DNA of 64,000 nucleotides from Mobula hypostoma (GCF_963921235.1 NC_086097.1:112098001-112162000), one strand, 5' to 3'. Positions 47,093-60,039 are shown, numbered from the stretch's first letter. Made by a program: numbers and translations. The notes: a model not told the origin generated them from the sequence alone.

Positions 47093-49563
47093 AGACCATA
47101 AGACCATAATATACAGAGGCAGAATTAGGCCATTTGGCCCATCGAGTCTGCTCTGTAATTTATTTTGTCTGGTCCAATTTTCCTCTCAGCCCCAATCTCC
47201 TGCTGTGTCTCCATATCCCTTCATGCTCTGACCAATCAAGAACCTATCAAGCTCTCCCTTAAATATACATAAAGACTTTGCCTCCGCAGCTGCCTGGCAG
47301 TGAATTCCACAGATTCACCACTCTCTGGCTAAAGGAATTCCTCTTCATCTTTGTTCTAAAAGGATGCCCCTCTATCCTGAGGTTGTGTCCCCGGTCTTAG
47401 ATTCTCTCACCATGAGAAACATCCTCTCCATATCCACACTATCAAGGCCCTTCACCATTCGATAGGTTTCAGTGAGGTCATCCCTCATTCTTCTGAACGC
47501 TCTTCATATGACAAATCATTCAATCCTGGAATCATTTTTGTGGACCTCCTTTGAACCCTCTCCAATTACAGCACATCTTTTCTAAGATAACAGGCCCCAA
47601 ACTGCTCAGAATACTCCAAGTGAGGCCTCATCAGTGCTTTATAAAGTCTGAGCATTACATCCTTGCTTGTATATTCTCGTCCTCTTTGAATAAATGCTAA
47701 CATTGCATTTGCTTTCCTCACCACAGACACAACCTGCAAATTAACCTTTGGGAAACCTGCACAAGGACTCCCAAGTCCCTTTTCACCTCAGTTTTTTTGT
47801 ATTTTCTCTCCATTTAGAAAATAGTCAACCCTTTCATTTCCTCCACTGTATTTCATCTGCCATTTCTTTGCCAATTCTTCTAATCTGTTGAAGTCCTTCT
47901 ATAGCCTCTCTACTTCCTCAAAACTACCTGCCTCTCTACCCATCTTCATATCATCTGCAGACTTTGCAACAAAGCCATCAATTCCATCATCCAAATCATT
48001 GACATATAATGTAAAAAGTATTGGTCCCTGCACAGACCCCTGTGGAACACCACTAGTCACCGGCACCCAGCTGGAAAAGGCTCCCTTCATTCCTACTCTT
48101 TGCATCCTGTTAATCAGCCACTGCTTTATCCATGCTAGAATCTTTCCTGTAATACCATGGGTTCGTAACTTGTTAAGCAGCCTCATGTGTGGCACCTTGT
48201 CAAAGGCCTTCTGAAAATTAAAGTATAGAACATCAACCAATTCTCCTTTGTCTAACTTGCTTGTTATTTCTTTAAAGAATTCCACAGATTTGTCAGGCAA
48301 GATTTTCCATTGAGGAATCTATGGTGACTATGGCCTATTTTATCATATGCCTCCAAGTTCCCCATGACCTCATCCTTAATAATCGACTCCAACAATTTTC
48401 CCAACTGCTGAGGTCAGAATAACTGGCATATAGTTTCCTTTCTCCTGTTTCTCTCACTTCTTGAACAGTGTAGTGACAATTGCAATTTTCTAGTCTTCTG
48501 GAACCATTCCAGAATCTAGTGATCCTTGAAAGATCATTGCTAATACCTCCACAATCTCCTCAGCCGATTCTTTCTGAACCCTGGGTTGTACACTATTTGA
48601 TCTAGGTGACTTATCTACCTTCAGACTTTCAGTTTACCAAGAACCTTCTCTCTAGTTAGGGTAACTTCATACACTTCATGACCCCGACACCTGGAACTTC
48701 CACCATACTGCTAGTGAAGACTGACACAAAAAACTTATTCAGTCCAACTGCCATTTCATTACTAACTCACCAGCATTGTATTCCAGTGCTCTGATATCCA
48801 TTCTCTCCACTCGTTTACACTTTCTGTTTCTGGAGAAACTGTTGGTATCCTCTTTCGTATTATTGGCTAGCTTACTTTCATATTCCTTCTTTACCTTCTT
48901 TATGACGTTTTTAGTTGCCTTCTGTTGGTTTTAAAAATCTTCTGAATCCTCTAACTTCCCACTAATCTTTGTTCTATTATATGCACTCTCTGTGGCTTTT
49001 ATATTGGTTTTGACTTCTCTTGTTAGTCATGGTTGTGTCATCTTTGCTTTAGAATACTTCTTCCTTTTTGGCATGTATGTATCCTATGCCTTCCAAATTG
49101 CTTTCAGAAATTCCAGACATTGTTGCTCAGCCATCATCCCTGCCAGTGTTCTTTTCCAATCAGTTCTGGCCAACACCTCTCTCATACCTCTGTCATCTGC
49201 TTTACTCCACTGTAATAATGATACATTTGACTTTAGCTACTCCTTCTCAAATTTCAGGGTGATTTTGATCATATTATGATCACACTCCCCTTGGGGTTCT
49301 TTAACATTAAGCTATCTAAACAATTCTGGTTCATTGAAAAATATCCATTCCAGAATAGCTGATACTCTAGTGGGCTCAACCACGAGCTGCTCTATAAAGC
49401 CATCTCATAGGCACTCTAGAAGTTTCCCCTCCTGGAATACAGCACCAACCTAATTTTCCCAATCTACCTCCATATTGAATTCCCCATGACTATTGTAACA
49501 TTGTGCTTTTGGCATGGATTTCCTGTCCCCTGCTGTAATTTGTAGACCACCTCCTTCCTGCTG
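47093..49563 (-). mobile_element. Older decayed CR1 spanning APE to 3' tail
   Basis: ORF 47899..48300 FNFQKAFDKVPH...GVPQGSVQGP...KSADD. Tail 'agaccataagaccata' at 47093. Confidence 0.92.
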
Positions 49564-49711
49564 CAGTTAAATCTTACCAGTTTAACTTTGCTTTTCACTA
49601 TTTTGTCATTTTATCTTTTATTTTCATGTTTGCACTTTATCCTATTGTAAAGCACTTTGAACTACATCATTTGTATAAAAAGTGCTCTATAAATAAGTTG
49701 TTATTATTGCT

Positions 49712-51880
49712 GTATTTTTTTTCACAACTCAAGCTGGTAAAACCTGAGGTACGGGCATAGCCAAACACACTCATTTCTCAATTGTTAGGAACTTTCCGAC
49801 TATTCTAGTGGTGTTTAGTATTCTGGAGATTTACACAGGTATTACTGTGCAGGCCTAATTGTTTAATGCTATTGTGTAGTGACTTTGTGATGACACCAGT
49901 TGTAGATATCACAATTGGGACCATGTATACCCTGTTCATGTTCTATAGTCTTTCAATTTCTTCTTTTAATTCCGCATATTTCTGTTGTTTTTCACTTACT
50001 GATTTCTGTAAGTTACGTGTATTTGGAATAGCTATATCTATTAAGTAAGTTGTTCTTGCTTGTTTATCCTGTAATATTATATCTGAATGGTTATTATGGA
50101 TTGTCTTATCTGTAATAACGGATCAGTTGTAATATAATTTGTTGCACTCTGACTCTAAAACGGGATTCAAAGATTCAAAGTACATTTATTATCAAAGAAC
50201 CATTTACTATCATACAACCTTGAGATTTGTCTATTTATAAGCAGCTGCAAAGCAAGAAACCTGAAAGAACCCAATTTAAAAGAAGGACCCATTCCCAATG
50301 TTTAGAGACAGAGAAAAAAGACACAAGTCATGCAAACAACAGAAGCCACCCTTGCACCTGGGTTAATTGGATGGGCATCAGAACTCCTTTGCATTAGCTT
50401 CTCCTCTCCAAATCGTTCACTCTAACAAGCATGGCTCCAACTCCAAGTGCATTGATTTTGCAGCTCGCCAGCACGGCACATCTCTTAAATTTACTTCGCC
50501 TTCGCTCACCTCTTCTTTGTTTGCGGTAATAGTTTACAACAATTTACTTCAAAAGAAGTGTTACTACTTATGTTTTTAATCAGGCTTGTATTTATAATAA
50601 GGTCTTGTGTCTTTAATGAATTTGTATTTTAAAGCAAAACGTTGGTGAATAATGATGTTTAACACTAGATTAGGCCTGTGTAAGTAATTAGATTGAGTTA
50701 AACTGCTGCAGGATCCTGTAACGTGTTTAATTGTTTCTGGTTTCTCTTGGCATCTTCTGCAGTTATCATCTTGAATTTGTTGGTCTTTTATTATGTATTT
50801 TTGATAATTTTTTTATGTTACCCACCTGGTCTTGTATTGCCACAAGGAACCTCTCTGTTTCTGGGAAGAGGTCTCCAACTCTGAGCCAGGCGTTCAACGC
50901 TTCCTTGTCAACGTTTAGTCTGCTCAGATCATAGGAATGTCTTCCAAGGAGGATCATGCTCTTCGTTTGGTTAACCTTATCTTCTATAGTCCTGAACTCT
51001 TCATTTTTCTGTGTTGGGCTTTCTTTTAAGTTTGATAGTGTGTACTTCTTACCAGAATTGCATATGCTTGTGTGGAGTTCTGAATCCTGTTTGCATTGAT
51101 GAAAATATATCCTTAGAAGGTTTATCTGACTGTTGTGTAAAATTTTTATGTCTGTTATTCCCCTTCCTCTTTCTGTCCTAGGTAGTGTTAATCTAAGTGT
51201 GTTCGATGTACATAGTGGGTTCCAAAATTTGTCATTTCAGTTTTTATTTTCCTTTGTAAATTTTCCAGATCAGTTTCAGACCAAGATATCATGTCAAAAG
51301 AATACAGTAATATTGGTATAGCAAATGTGGTTATTGACTTCGTTGTATTTTTACTGTTGAGTTCTGTTTGGAAGATTTTCTTAAGCCTTGAAGTAAATTC
51401 TGTTGAAAGTTTTACCTTTATTGCACTATGATATATTTTCTTTGCTTATTGATATCCCAGATACTTGTATTTTTCAATTTTATCCATCAGTTGTATTGTA
51501 TCCTGCTGCTCTGTTTTGCATTCTACTAGCTCTATTGCACCTTTCTTTATGTTTGACGTTTGGCATTTATCTAGTCCAAAGGTCATGTTCATATCTTTAG
51601 AATTGTTCCACTATTTGAATGAACCGCTTTTGCTTTACTGATGAAAGAGTGTATAATTTCAAATCCTCCATGTAGAGAAGGTTTGTCAAGGAATAATTCG
51701 TTAGATTGTTCTGATTTGATACCCTATTTTCATCTGATTTAGTGAATTGGGAACGGGTTTAGAGCTAGATAAAACCATAGTGGGCTTAGAGAGTCACCCT
51801 GGAAAATGCCTTGGTTTGTTTTGATATTGGTGGTTTACCAAACACGTGCAACAGCTCATTGGTAGTTCAAAAGACAAGAA
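49712..51880 (-). mobile_element. 5'-truncated R4/Dong-like non-LTR element (RT, CCHC, restriction-like endonuclease), decayed
   Basis: Manual minus-strand translation gives GIFQGDSLSPLWF (about 51810), LLYMEDLKLY (about 51680), GDLFPETERFLVAIQDQV (ORF 50766..50957), CRRCQEKPETIKHVTGSC (about 50760) and TDKTIHNNHSDII...LIDIAIP (about 50110). Interrupted by another repeat at about 50165-50575. Confidence 0.88.
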
Positions 51881-51954
51881 ATTTGTCTAAAAATATTACT
51901 AATAATATCTTTTATGAAGTAAATTGTGGTAAATTTTCACCGCAAACAGTAAAG

Positions 51955-52620
51955 AGGTGAGCAAAGGTGAAGCGAATTCGAGGAATGGACTGTGCTGGTA
52001 CATTGCAGAATCGATGCAGATGGACTGAACCATTCAGAGAGGAGAAGCCAAGTCAGATGTATTTCAATGCCCATACAATTGGCCTGGGTGTGAGGATGGA
52101 GCTGGGTGTCAAAATCTGGGCTGGGAGAGAGTCGCTGTGTGCCGTGTTCTAGGCCCGGAGCCTTTTGCTTCCTGGGACCTAGTGTAAGGTACGATACACT
52201 ATTTGGACAATTTAAATGATATACTAGAAAGATGGGGTGTCGGGATTGGAAGTGAGAGCTAATTCCACTCACTCTCCCGCAATGTTCACTCCATTGCACT
52301 GAGGCTATGAAGACTGCCCCTGGCTGCTGTGCTCTGTGGATGTTAACATGATGGACTGATACTGAGGCTTTGGGCCTACTCCGGGCTGCTCTGGGGTTCG
52401 GATCTAAGGACTCTTTTCAGTTCAGAATGTTGTTGCTTGCTTCTGTTGTTTGCATGATTTGTGTTTTTTTTTTCCTTTTCTCTGTGCATTAGCTGTTGGT
52501 TTTTTTTTCAATGGTTCTTTTGGGTTTCTTGCTTTGTGACTGTCTGTAAGCAAACAAATCTCAAAGTTGCATAATTTATACACTCTTTGATAATAAACAT
52601 ACTTTGAATCTTGGAATCTT
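51955..52620 (+). mobile_element. Non-coding retroposon with Rex-like (CTTTGAAT) tail
   Basis: 3' 260 bp is colinear with 63140-63432 ('gaggctttgggccta..ggatctaagg..tttgataataaa..tttgaa'). Confidence 0.65.
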
Positions 52621-52834
52621 GTTCTTTTTTAGTTGTTAATTATTCGGGCGATTATAGTATGCCAACGCTTCATCAGGTATTGATGGAAGTGCTGATGAAA
52701 ATACAATTACTTCAACAGCTCCACAATCAGACGGTAACAGTGACAGCACAGATGTAGAGCTTCTGCTGAATGCTGATGACGAAGCTGAGCTTACAGACAA
52801 AATAATAACTTGTTACTATTATTATTATTATATT

Positions 52835-53275
52835 TTTTATCATTTCTTAGCTCAGGCTGGTAGAACCTGAGGTACAGGCATAGCCAAGCACACTCATTTC
52901 TCAGTTGCTAGCAACTTTCAGACTATTCCAATGGTATTTAGTATTGTGGCTTTCTGAAGCCTTAAATTGATTTTACTGTGTAGCCCTAAGAGTATAATGC
53001 TATTGTGTAACACCTTTGGGATGACACCAATTGTAGATATTACTATCGGGACAATGCAAACCTTGTTCATGTTCCAAAGTCTTTCAATTTCCTTTTTTAA
53101 TTCAGCATATTTCTGGTGTTTTTCACTTACTGATTTTTGTATGTTACGTGTGTTTGGAATGGCTATATATATTAAGTAAGTTGTTCTTGCTTATTTATCC
53201 TGTATTATTATATCCGGATGGTTATTATGGATTGTCCTATCTGTAATACTGGATTGGTCATAATATAATATGTGG
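52835..53275 (-). mobile_element. R4/Dong-like 3' fragment, copy 2
   Basis: Colinear with 49725-50140 and retains NNHPDII. Preceded by (TTA)n at 52815-52830. Confidence 0.85.
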
Positions 53276-53354
53276 GATTAATTATTATTAATCCCACATA
53301 TTATATTAACAGTTATTAACTGACTCTAATTGTTATTATTATAAAAAATTTAAA

Positions 53355-53460
53355 AATATTTTTTTCTCGGCTCAAGCTGGTAAAACCTGAGGGGTGGGTA
53401 TAGCCAAGCATGCTCATTTTGTCAATTGCTATGAATTTTCAGACCATTCTAGCGTTATCA
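53355..53460 (-). mobile_element. R4/Dong-like 3' end, copy 3
   Basis: 'ctcaagctggtaaaacctgaggggtgggtatagccaagc' matches the ends at 49728 and 52851. Flanked by tta-type repeats. Confidence 0.75.
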
Positions 53461-54172
53461 CTATTATTAGTAGTAGTATTATTTATAGGTGCACAGCTGA
53501 AGGTAGAAAATCAGATATGCTAAAGGGCATAAAAAAACACTTGAACCTATGTCACAACGGGTACAATTCCATCCTGAAGTAATTGCTGGTATAGTCCTCT
53601 TTGGCATTTTTTGAGCAATTTGAACAAAAAACTAATCGTAATAAATCCAATTTGTAGCCATTAAAATACTTTCATGGTTGGATGCAAAACAAAAATATGC
53701 AGCAGTAGACCGGGGCAATGGGACTACATAGACAATTTTTAACAGAGCAGGCACAGTCATAATGGGCTGAATAGCCTTCAGCAAGGTCTAAAAATATATT
53801 AGCAGCTCATGCAAGTTACAAAATATATCACAACACAACAAAAGCTTGTGAGTGATGGAGTACCACTGGGAAAGCTTCCTGGCTTAGATTAGCACATCTG
53901 TGCTTGTTAATTTGTGACTTTCAAACCAAATATTACTGATAAGTTTGCCCACTTAAGTTTCTCACATGACTTCAGTTGCCAGGCTATGAAATAGATGCCT
54001 TATGCAACACTTGCACATCTTCATTATGCATCTGACAATTATAGAAAACCATTTTTAGTAATGTTATGAATCCATGAAGGGATACTTTGGAACACAGTAA
54101 CCTGAATTCATTTGCTCTATTCACCGAGGGAAAAATTACCAGTCAGTTGCTTTGCTTAACTTTCATGAAATA

Positions 54173-54500
54173 CACAGAGTGGCCAGTTTATTAGGTACAC
54201 CTGCATACCTTGCTCATTTATGTAAATATCTAATCAGCCAATCATGTGGCAGCCATTCAATGTAAAAGAATGCAGTTAAGGTCAAGAGGTTCAGAAAGAG
54301 GTCAGAGGAGAATGGCTAGACTGGTTCAAGCTGACAGAAAGGTGACAATATCTCAAATAATCATGTGGTACAATAGTGGTGTGCAGAAGAGCGTCTTTGA
54401 ATACACAAAGTGTCGAACCTTGAAGTTGATAGGCTGGAGCAGAAGACCATGAACATACTTAATAGGTACCTTCTGTACCTAATAAGGTTACCACTTAGTA
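54173..54500 (+). mobile_element. Non-autonomous Tc1-like element
   Basis: TA-flanked. Left TIR 'cacagagtggccagtttattaggtac', right 'gtacctaataaggttaccacttagta'. ERGQRRMARLVQADRKVT remnant (ORF 54246..54452). Confidence 0.85.
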
Positions 54501-55489
54501 TATGTTCTCAAGTTCTTGTCCAATAGCATCACAATTCAACCTCCCCCAATTAAATACTTTCCCATACTGCCTGCTCCTATCCCTGTCGAAGGCCATGCTA
54601 AAGGTCAGAAAGTTGTGGTCACTGTCTCTGAAATGCTCACCCACCAAGAGATCTGACAGCTGACCTGGTTCATTGCCTCCTACTAGATCTGCTGTGGCCT
54701 CTCATCTAGTTGGCTTGTCCACATTTTGTGTCAGGAATCCTTCCTGGACATTACTTGACAAATTCTGCCCCATAATCTGGATTTGTTATAGAAATAAACA
54801 CTTTTACTGGTGACAATGCTTTATCAAACAGTTATAAAAGGCAATCTATCTTACTAATGGCACTGGGGTGGAAGGAAATCTGCCATTCTTACTTGAAATA
54901 GCTCCAGACCTATAACAATATGGTTTACTATTAGCCGTTCCCTGAGCTGGGTCAGCAAGGCACGGTGATTCCATTGTTACAGCAGTTCAAGCATATGGCT
55001 TATAGCTACCTGCTCCATAAATGCAGGCCTTGTCAGTGAAATCCACATCCTGAAAGATAATGGATAGGCTACAGGGGATAGTTACACAACCTTTCATCAG
55101 AATAGTTTATTTTTTGGGAATATATTCCATTCAGCTTGGAAGGTTGGCTGGGCCTTCATTTGATGACTAAATAGAAATAATTAAAGATATTGACTTCAAG
55201 GTATTAAATCCCTCTTGAAGGGATACATCATGCTAATAGTGCAATATTATAAAATCACATTGTGTTATAATGATGAAGTAAAGTTACTGAATAACAATCA
55301 CAGATATAACGTGGCAAAATATGCCCCCCCCATCTAAAACTGTGAAAATGTTTTTAAAAGTACTTTTATTCAATATGGGAAGCAGATGAATAGATGAGAG
55401 GCAAAGTAATATAAAAATGCGGTGAAAAGCTATGAACAGAGGGAACATGAAATTTTTCTATGTTCAATGTTCTTCTTCCCCTCTTACTC

Positions 55490-55650
55490 TGACCTCTCAT
55501 CTTTTTTTCCAGTACTGATGAAAGGTCTCGGCCTGAAACATCAACTGTTTAGTCTTTTCCAAAGATTTTGCCTGGCCTGCCAAGTTCCTCCAGCATGTTG
55601 TGTGTGTTATCTGGATTTCCAGCATCTGAAATTTTCTTGTTTGTTTTTCT
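55490..55650 (+). mobile_element. Penelope-derived short fragment with decayed hammerhead motif
   Basis: cagta-CTGATGA-a-aggt(ctcg)gcct-GAAAC-atc-aactg at 55510-55547. Confidence 0.75.
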
Positions 55651-55854
55651 ATGTTGTATCTTCTCTGTAGCCATGTATTCAAAATTCAAATCAATAATTC
55701 ATCTGCTGTAAGAAATTTATATCCAAAGCACTAAAATGGATTTTACATAAATTACTAATCTATGAAAAAAATTACAGATAAAGTAGTTTAGAGAAATCTC
55801 ATGAAGACTTAAAACAAATCAAAGTTAATAAAGGAAAATGATTAACTTGATTAA

Positions 55855-56205
55855 CATATTGATTTCTCCTTTCAGTAAACAATCCACCCCACCCTTCCTC
55901 TACTCCCCTCTTGGATCCTTTACCTCTTTTCACTTGCCTATCACTTCCCTCCAGTTCTCCTCTTCCCTTTTTTCTATGGTCTGTCCTATCAGATTCGTTC
56001 TTCTCCAGCCTTTGACCTTTCCCACTCACCTGGCTTCACCTGTCACCTTCCAGCTAGCCTTCTTCCCCTCCCCCAACCTTTTTATTCCAGCATCTTCCCC
56101 CTTCCTTTCCAGTACTGAAGAAGAATCTTGGCCCAAAGAGTTGATTGCTTATTCATTTCCAATGATGCTGCCTGACCTGCTGAGTTCCTCCAGCATATTG
56201 TGCAT
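55855..56205 (+). mobile_element. Penelope-derived 3' fragment
   Basis: Pyrimidine-rich tract colinear with 33210-33545. Eroded hammerhead at 56110-56147. Confidence 0.75.
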
Positions 56206-57211
56206 TGCTTAACATTAATATTTTTAAAAAAGACATTGGAGCTGATGTAAGAATGGCTGTCTTTGATGGGGAGCTCTGTGAGTGTGGGTATATTCTGGAA
56301 ATCTATAAATGCTCATTTCAGGATTTTCTGTCAAACATAATGATGTATTACCTCAATGATTCCTTAAAAAGTGTACCTAAAAAGGTGAGATGTGAATATT
56401 TTAATGATTTATCTACATGAGAAATAGCACCTTTACCATTTCTTTCAGAATTTGCCAAATCAGCTTGCAACATTCCAAATATTTTCTGGAGTTTATTTGT
56501 TATTGGCAGTTGAAAATGCCCAGCAAGCAACCAGAAAGAGTCTTTAATATGTCTTTTAGAAATATTGATTGTGACTTTAAAGATAATGATATCCTTATTT
56601 GAAGTTGTGCCACATCTGAGTGAGCACTCGGGATTTAATCCCTCCAGACAAAAGGCAAGCATGACTAACAAAGGAGAATGATGCATTAGTAAGAGTCAGC
56701 AATCATTGCATTGCTCGGAGAAGGCGGAGAATATTGAGAAATTGTTTTTTTTTACAAGCATGGTACAATGTAGGATGAATCCAAAGGTTGAAAACAGGAA
56801 TGTAAGAATGTAAGATTGGAATAATTTATAGATTCAGAGTTGGGCACGTTATGGTGAAATTTATTGTCTATGGTGAAGACTTAGAAATTGTGTGCTAGGA
56901 AACTGAAATAGATCTATCATGTAACTGGGCTTCTAACCATAGTGTAGGAATCCTTGAACTGGATATGTTGTGCAATTATAGAAGGAAACTTTACCCACTA
57001 CACACTATGTTCATATTGCCTTGCTTTAGAGCTGATGATTTAAGATCTTTGGCATCTGGAAACTGATGGCAGAACCAATGCTTCAATGCTGAATTCTTCG
57101 CACATTTGCCACAGCCATTAAAAACAAATACTGGCCCAGAAATTATTATCCACATTACCCCAAAGAAAACTTTTTTAAAAGATCTAGACATATCCACGAA
57201 GTCTCACAGAT

Positions 57212-59420
57212 CGTCGTGGCTATCCCTCGAGGTTGAGGATGATGGTCTTCATTCTGTTGATCTACCTATGGGCTCTCAGGTGGCTTATGAGTCCAATCTT
57301 GGCTTTGAAAGTTCTTCCGCATTTAGGACAGGTAGTTCCAGATGGCAGACCGGGCTCTGGTTGTTGCTGTTTCTCTTTCCATTCTCTTCTCTTTTCTTCT
57401 AATTCTGCACATCTGTTGGCTTTGAAAGTTGCTGTTCCTTCTCGATGATGGCTTGCCAGAGTTTCCTGCCCTTGGCATTGGTTTCCCAATTGTTGATGTC
57501 AATGTTACATTTCTTCATGTTGGCTTTTAAGATGTCTTTGAATCTCTTCTGTTGTCTGCCTCTTTTACGTTTACCTTCTTTAAGCTAGGAGTAGAAGATT
57601 TGTTTCGGCAGACATTCGTCTTTCATCTGAACAACGTGACCACTCCATCTTAGTTGGTTCTTGATGACGTAGGCTTCAATGCTTGTTGTTTTTGCTTCAT
57701 TTAGCACGCTGACATTGATCCTTCTATCTTCCCAGCTGATATTTAAGATGTTTCGAAGACAGCTTTGATGGAACTTTTCAAGTGCCTTCAGATATCGTCG
57801 GTATGTTGTCCAGGTTTCTGATGCATACAGGAGCGTTGGGATTACCACTGCTTTGTGCACTAACATTTTGGTGTCTATTCTGATTTCACGATCACGAAAG
57901 ACTCTTGTTCGGAGACGTCCAAAAGCTGTTCCAGCGCATTTAAGACGATGTTGGATCTTGTCATCATTAAGGTTGACATTGGAGGAGTGGTGACTTCCAA
58001 GATACGGAAAGTGGTCCATGTTTTCCAGGGTTGTTTCGCCGAGCTGAATTGATAGTTCTATCTGGTTTGTCTCAATTGGTGACGGTTGATAGATGATCTG
58101 ATTCTTCTTGGAATTGATGGTAAGTCCAAGTTTCGTGTAAGCACGGTTGAAGGCAGTCAGAATCTGTTGTAGGTGGTTTTCTGAGGGAGCTGCAACACTG
58201 TTGTCATCTGCGTATTGGAACTCGATGAGGAAACTTGTAGATGCCTTCGTTTTGGACTTGAGACGGGCAAGATTGAAAAGTCTGCCATCTGTTCTGTAGA
58301 CAATTTCGATTCCTGGGGGTAGGTTGTCCTTGATAATGTGGATGATTGTCGCAATGAAGATGGTGAACAAAGTTGGGGCAATCACGCATCCCTGTTTTAC
58401 TCCTGATCTAACTTGAAAAGGCTTACAGTTACTGTTGCTGACCATGACCGTGGCAAGCATGCCATCATGGAGGAGTCTCAGGATTCAAATGTACTTTTCA
58501 GGGCATCCATAGGTGGATAGGACATCCCATAGGAGTTCCCTTGATACTGAGTTAAAGGCTTTGGTGAGGTCGATGAATGCCATGTACAAAGGTTGAAGTT
58601 GTTCATGACATTTTTCTTATAGTTGTTGCATTGTGAGGATCATGTCGATTGCTCCACGTGATGGCCTAAAACCGGCTTGTGTCTCCGGAAGGATCTTCTC
58701 AGCTAAAGGCTTGAACTGGTTGTTCATGATGGGGGTGAGGATCTTTCCTGCTGTTGCTAACAGGGAAATTCCACGATAGTTTCTGCATTCAGATTGATCG
58801 CCTTTCCTTTTGTAGTTGGTAACGATTGATGAGTCTCTAAAGTCTGCTGGTACATCTTCATTTATCCAGATCTTGATGAGAAGTTGATGTAGTTGATAAT
58901 GAAGCGGGTTACCTCCAATTTTGTAGACCTCAGCTGGTATTCCATCGAGTCCAGCGGCCTTGTTGTTTTTCAAGGTTTTGATGGCTTCCTTGACTTCTTC
59001 AAGTGTTGGTATTTTGCTTAGGGAGTCGTCAACAGGCTGTTTTGGAATGTTGCTAATCACATTCCTGTCAAATGAGACGGTTTGATTTAGAAGATCTTCA
59101 AAGTGCTCCCTCCATCCAGAATTGATGTCAGCATTGCTCTTCAGGATGGTTGAACCATCTTTGCCTTTGAGAGGGGCTTGACCTTGAATGGATGGGCCAA
59201 AAATAGCTTTAGTTGCATTGAAAAAGCCTCGAGTGTCATTGGCGTCTGCTGACACCTTGAGTGTCATTGGATTTCCTGAGCTTTCTTCCTCCACCATTGT
59301 TTTTTCAGATTTTGGGTGCTCTTCTGGACTGCAGCCTTGCATTCCTGATAGCGTTTCCTTCTGGTAGCCGATTGTTGGTCATTTTGTAAGGTAATGAAAG
59401 CTTTTCTCTTTTCGTGAAGC
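57212..59420 (-). mobile_element. 5'-truncated RTE-clade (BovB/Expander-like) LINE with 20-bp TSD
   Basis: ORFs 58617..59342 (KAAGLDGIPAE, NYRGISLL, PETQAGFRP), 57585..58460 (GVKQGCVIAPTLF, FQYADD, QLRWSGHV) and 57262..57489 (CPKCGRTFKAKIGLISHLRAH). TSD at 57192-57211 and 59421-59440. Confidence 0.95.
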
Positions 59421-60039
59421 ATCCATGAAGTCTCGCAGATATTATACTCATGTTAGATGTCTACAAAGTGTGTCAAAGAATACTCAGCGTCCACAAAACA
59501 GGAAGCGATGTTGCACAGAGTGCTATTGAAGATTGCAACACATATGATTAATAGAGAAGTGGAAAATACTGAAATGTATTTTATTTTTAAAATGTATTGT
59601 ATATTGAAATATTAACATGAGAAATGTACAAGACACATGAATAAGCTTCTTAGGACCAGAAGTTTGTTAAGTGGGATTTATGATTTAAGATGCAATTGAA
59701 AATTCGTATAACTCTTGCACTAAATTGTATTATTTTCAGGGTCTTTTAAGGGAGCTAGTGAACATACCTGAAATTTGTATTGGTTCAGAATTCTTTCATT
59801 CTGTTGGAGTGGAATTTACTGCAGAAGTATTTATCCTCTGTTTGTGGACTGGCAGTAGTCCCCTTATTTCACACATTTTAAATTAACTATTGACAAATTT
59901 GCTCACAGCATTGCATGTAATTTAATAAGAAGTAATGTCACGTTGGGTGCATTGGGAGATAAAAATGTTTTTTTTGTCAGAAAGCATAACCTGTTGTGGG
60001 ATCAATGGGCTTAACAACATTTACTGCTATCCAAAACTA

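Larger units (their letters stand above)
42685..49709 (+). mobile_element. L2-clade LINE split into three pieces (about 42685-43119, 46504-47092, 49564-49709)
   Basis: QFQSGFRANH..LLDLSVVFDTIDHHIL; TYLGVNLDSDLNFNYH..KLIHAF..RLDYCNALFTGLP; 3' end 'tgtaaagcactttga..aagtgctctataaataagttgttattatt'. Confidence 0.85.

Noticed and set aside
52660..52810. Short acidic open frame (GIDGSADENTITSTAPQSDGNSDSTDVELL...)
   Set aside because: No start or splice context and wedged between repeats, so it cannot be assigned.
56322..56384. 63-nt plus-strand exon-like segment (DFLSNIMMYYLNDSLKSVPKK)
   Set aside because: Weak pyrimidine tract, no recognised homology, and overlaps equally unsupported ORFs on both strands.
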